Source: an uncultured Candidatus Saccharibacteria bacterium (GTDB lineage Bacteria > Patescibacteriota > Saccharimonadia > Saccharimonadales > CAZJQT01). Taken from it: DNA of 64,000 bases. The stretch is taken from contig CAZRYT010000002.1 of NCBI GenBank assembly GCA_964604415.1, positions 4,059 through 68,058 of the forward strand, read 5' to 3'. Position numbers and translations under genes: made by a program. Below are positions 63,367 through 64,000 of the stretch, piece after piece; position 1 is the stretch's first letter; every line of letters starts with the position of its first letter. The notes under the pieces are model-generated. The model was not told where the DNA came from. It saw only the letters and a program-made list of their open reading frames with translations, and made no database searches.

Positions 63367-64000
63367 ATGTACTTCAGTAGTAGGGCAGAAGCTGGGCGCT
63401 TGTTAGCCGATAAGCTTAAAAAATACGCCAATCAACCAACGGTTGTCATTGCGCTAAATCAGGGCTCAGTGCTGATCGGTGCCCAAATAGCCATGTCTTT
63501 GCACGCCAATCTGCTAGTGCTTTTAAGCGACAATATAATGCTGCCCGGCGAGCCCAAACCGTTCGCAACCATGACTGAAAACACCTACACTTACAATAAC
63601 TTTTATAATGAGAGTGAACGTGAAGAGATCGAATCTGAATACCACGGTGTAATTGAGGACGAAAAGCGCAAAAAACTGTACTCTTTGCACCGCCTAACCG
63701 ACAAAGGGGGTGAGATTGACCGTAAATATTTGCGTCAGCACGTGATCATACTGGTTTCGGACGGTCTGCAGGACGGCCAATCACTTGAAGTCGCGGCCGA
63801 TTTTCTAAAACCAATTAAGGTCAAGCGATTGGTAATAGCTACGCCGCTGGCTACTGTAAACGCAGTCGATAAAATGCACCTAATTGGCGATGAGATACAT
63901 TGCCTCGGCGTGGTAGAAAACATGATGGAAACCGACCATTATTACGATGACAATAATTTGCCCAAAAATGCGGATATTCAGAAGATTATTAAAAATATAT
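63367..64000 (+). CDS. phosphoribosyltransferase-like protein, 3' end truncated by the window edge (absent from the ORF track)
   Basis: GGGAGA SD. Open frame from ATG 63367 to the window end with no stop. MYFSSRAEAGRLLADKLKKY...VIILVSDGLQDGQS is a PRTase-type acidic loop. Confidence 0.65.
   Translation, partial: MYFSSRAEAGRLLADKLKKYANQPTVVIALNQGSVLIGAQIAMSLHANLLVLLSDNIMLPGEPKPFATMTENTYTYNNFYNESEREEIESEYHGVIEDEKRKKLYSLHRLTDKGGEIDRKYLRQHVIILVSDGLQDGQSLEVAADFLKPIKVKRLVIATPLATVNAVDKMHLIGDEIHCLGVVENMMETDHYYDDNNLPKNADIQKIIKNI

Overview
Compact, gene-dense bacterial chromosome segment, mid-40s % GC by eye, standard genetic code (TGA is used as a stop, including in ATGA and GTGA overlaps). Most genes are information-processing housekeeping genes: valS, tsaD, murE, groES-groEL, argS, dnaG-rpoD, polA, mutM, holA, rpsT, truB, rpsO-pnp, rnj, ftsK, rpsF-ssb-rpsR, efp and tlyA. 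There are also four CCA-encoding tRNAs (three Ser, one Arg) and many small membrane or hypothetical proteins. The lack of biosynthetic operons, the short intergenic regions and the abundance of Pro/Thr-rich surface proteins suggest a reduced-genome Patescibacteria/CPR organism, plausibly Saccharibacteria; this is inference only. No CRISPR array, transposase, integrase or reverse transcriptase was seen. Main observations: (1) about 20 gene starts have a -10-like hexamer 6-8 nt upstream of the start codon and no SD, which implies leaderless mRNAs. Two of these are palindromic, face-to-face -10 boxes serving divergent gene pairs. (2) A roughly 75-nt two-hairpin element occurs twice, directly after the groEL and rnj stop codons. 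(3) The last 8 codons of polA are duplicated at the end of the next, AT-richer 2H-phosphoesterase-like gene. That gene begins a chain of five translationally coupled enzyme genes (2H, HExxH, YecM-like VOC, MazG-like, SAM-MTase). (4) A lower-GC accessory island at 35455-38442 holds an ATPase-wHTH regulator with degenerate Walker motifs, two paralogous unknown-domain proteins (one fused to an XRE HTH) and a P-loop kinase. (5) A CarS-like / PHP / CDP-alcohol phosphatidyltransferase operon. (6) DnaG with all four zinc ligands substituted. (7) A tRNA-Arg with anticodon GCG. (8) valS has an exceptionally long leader with a T-box-like GGGUGGUA motif. All functional calls rest on motif recognition by eye; no database search was run.
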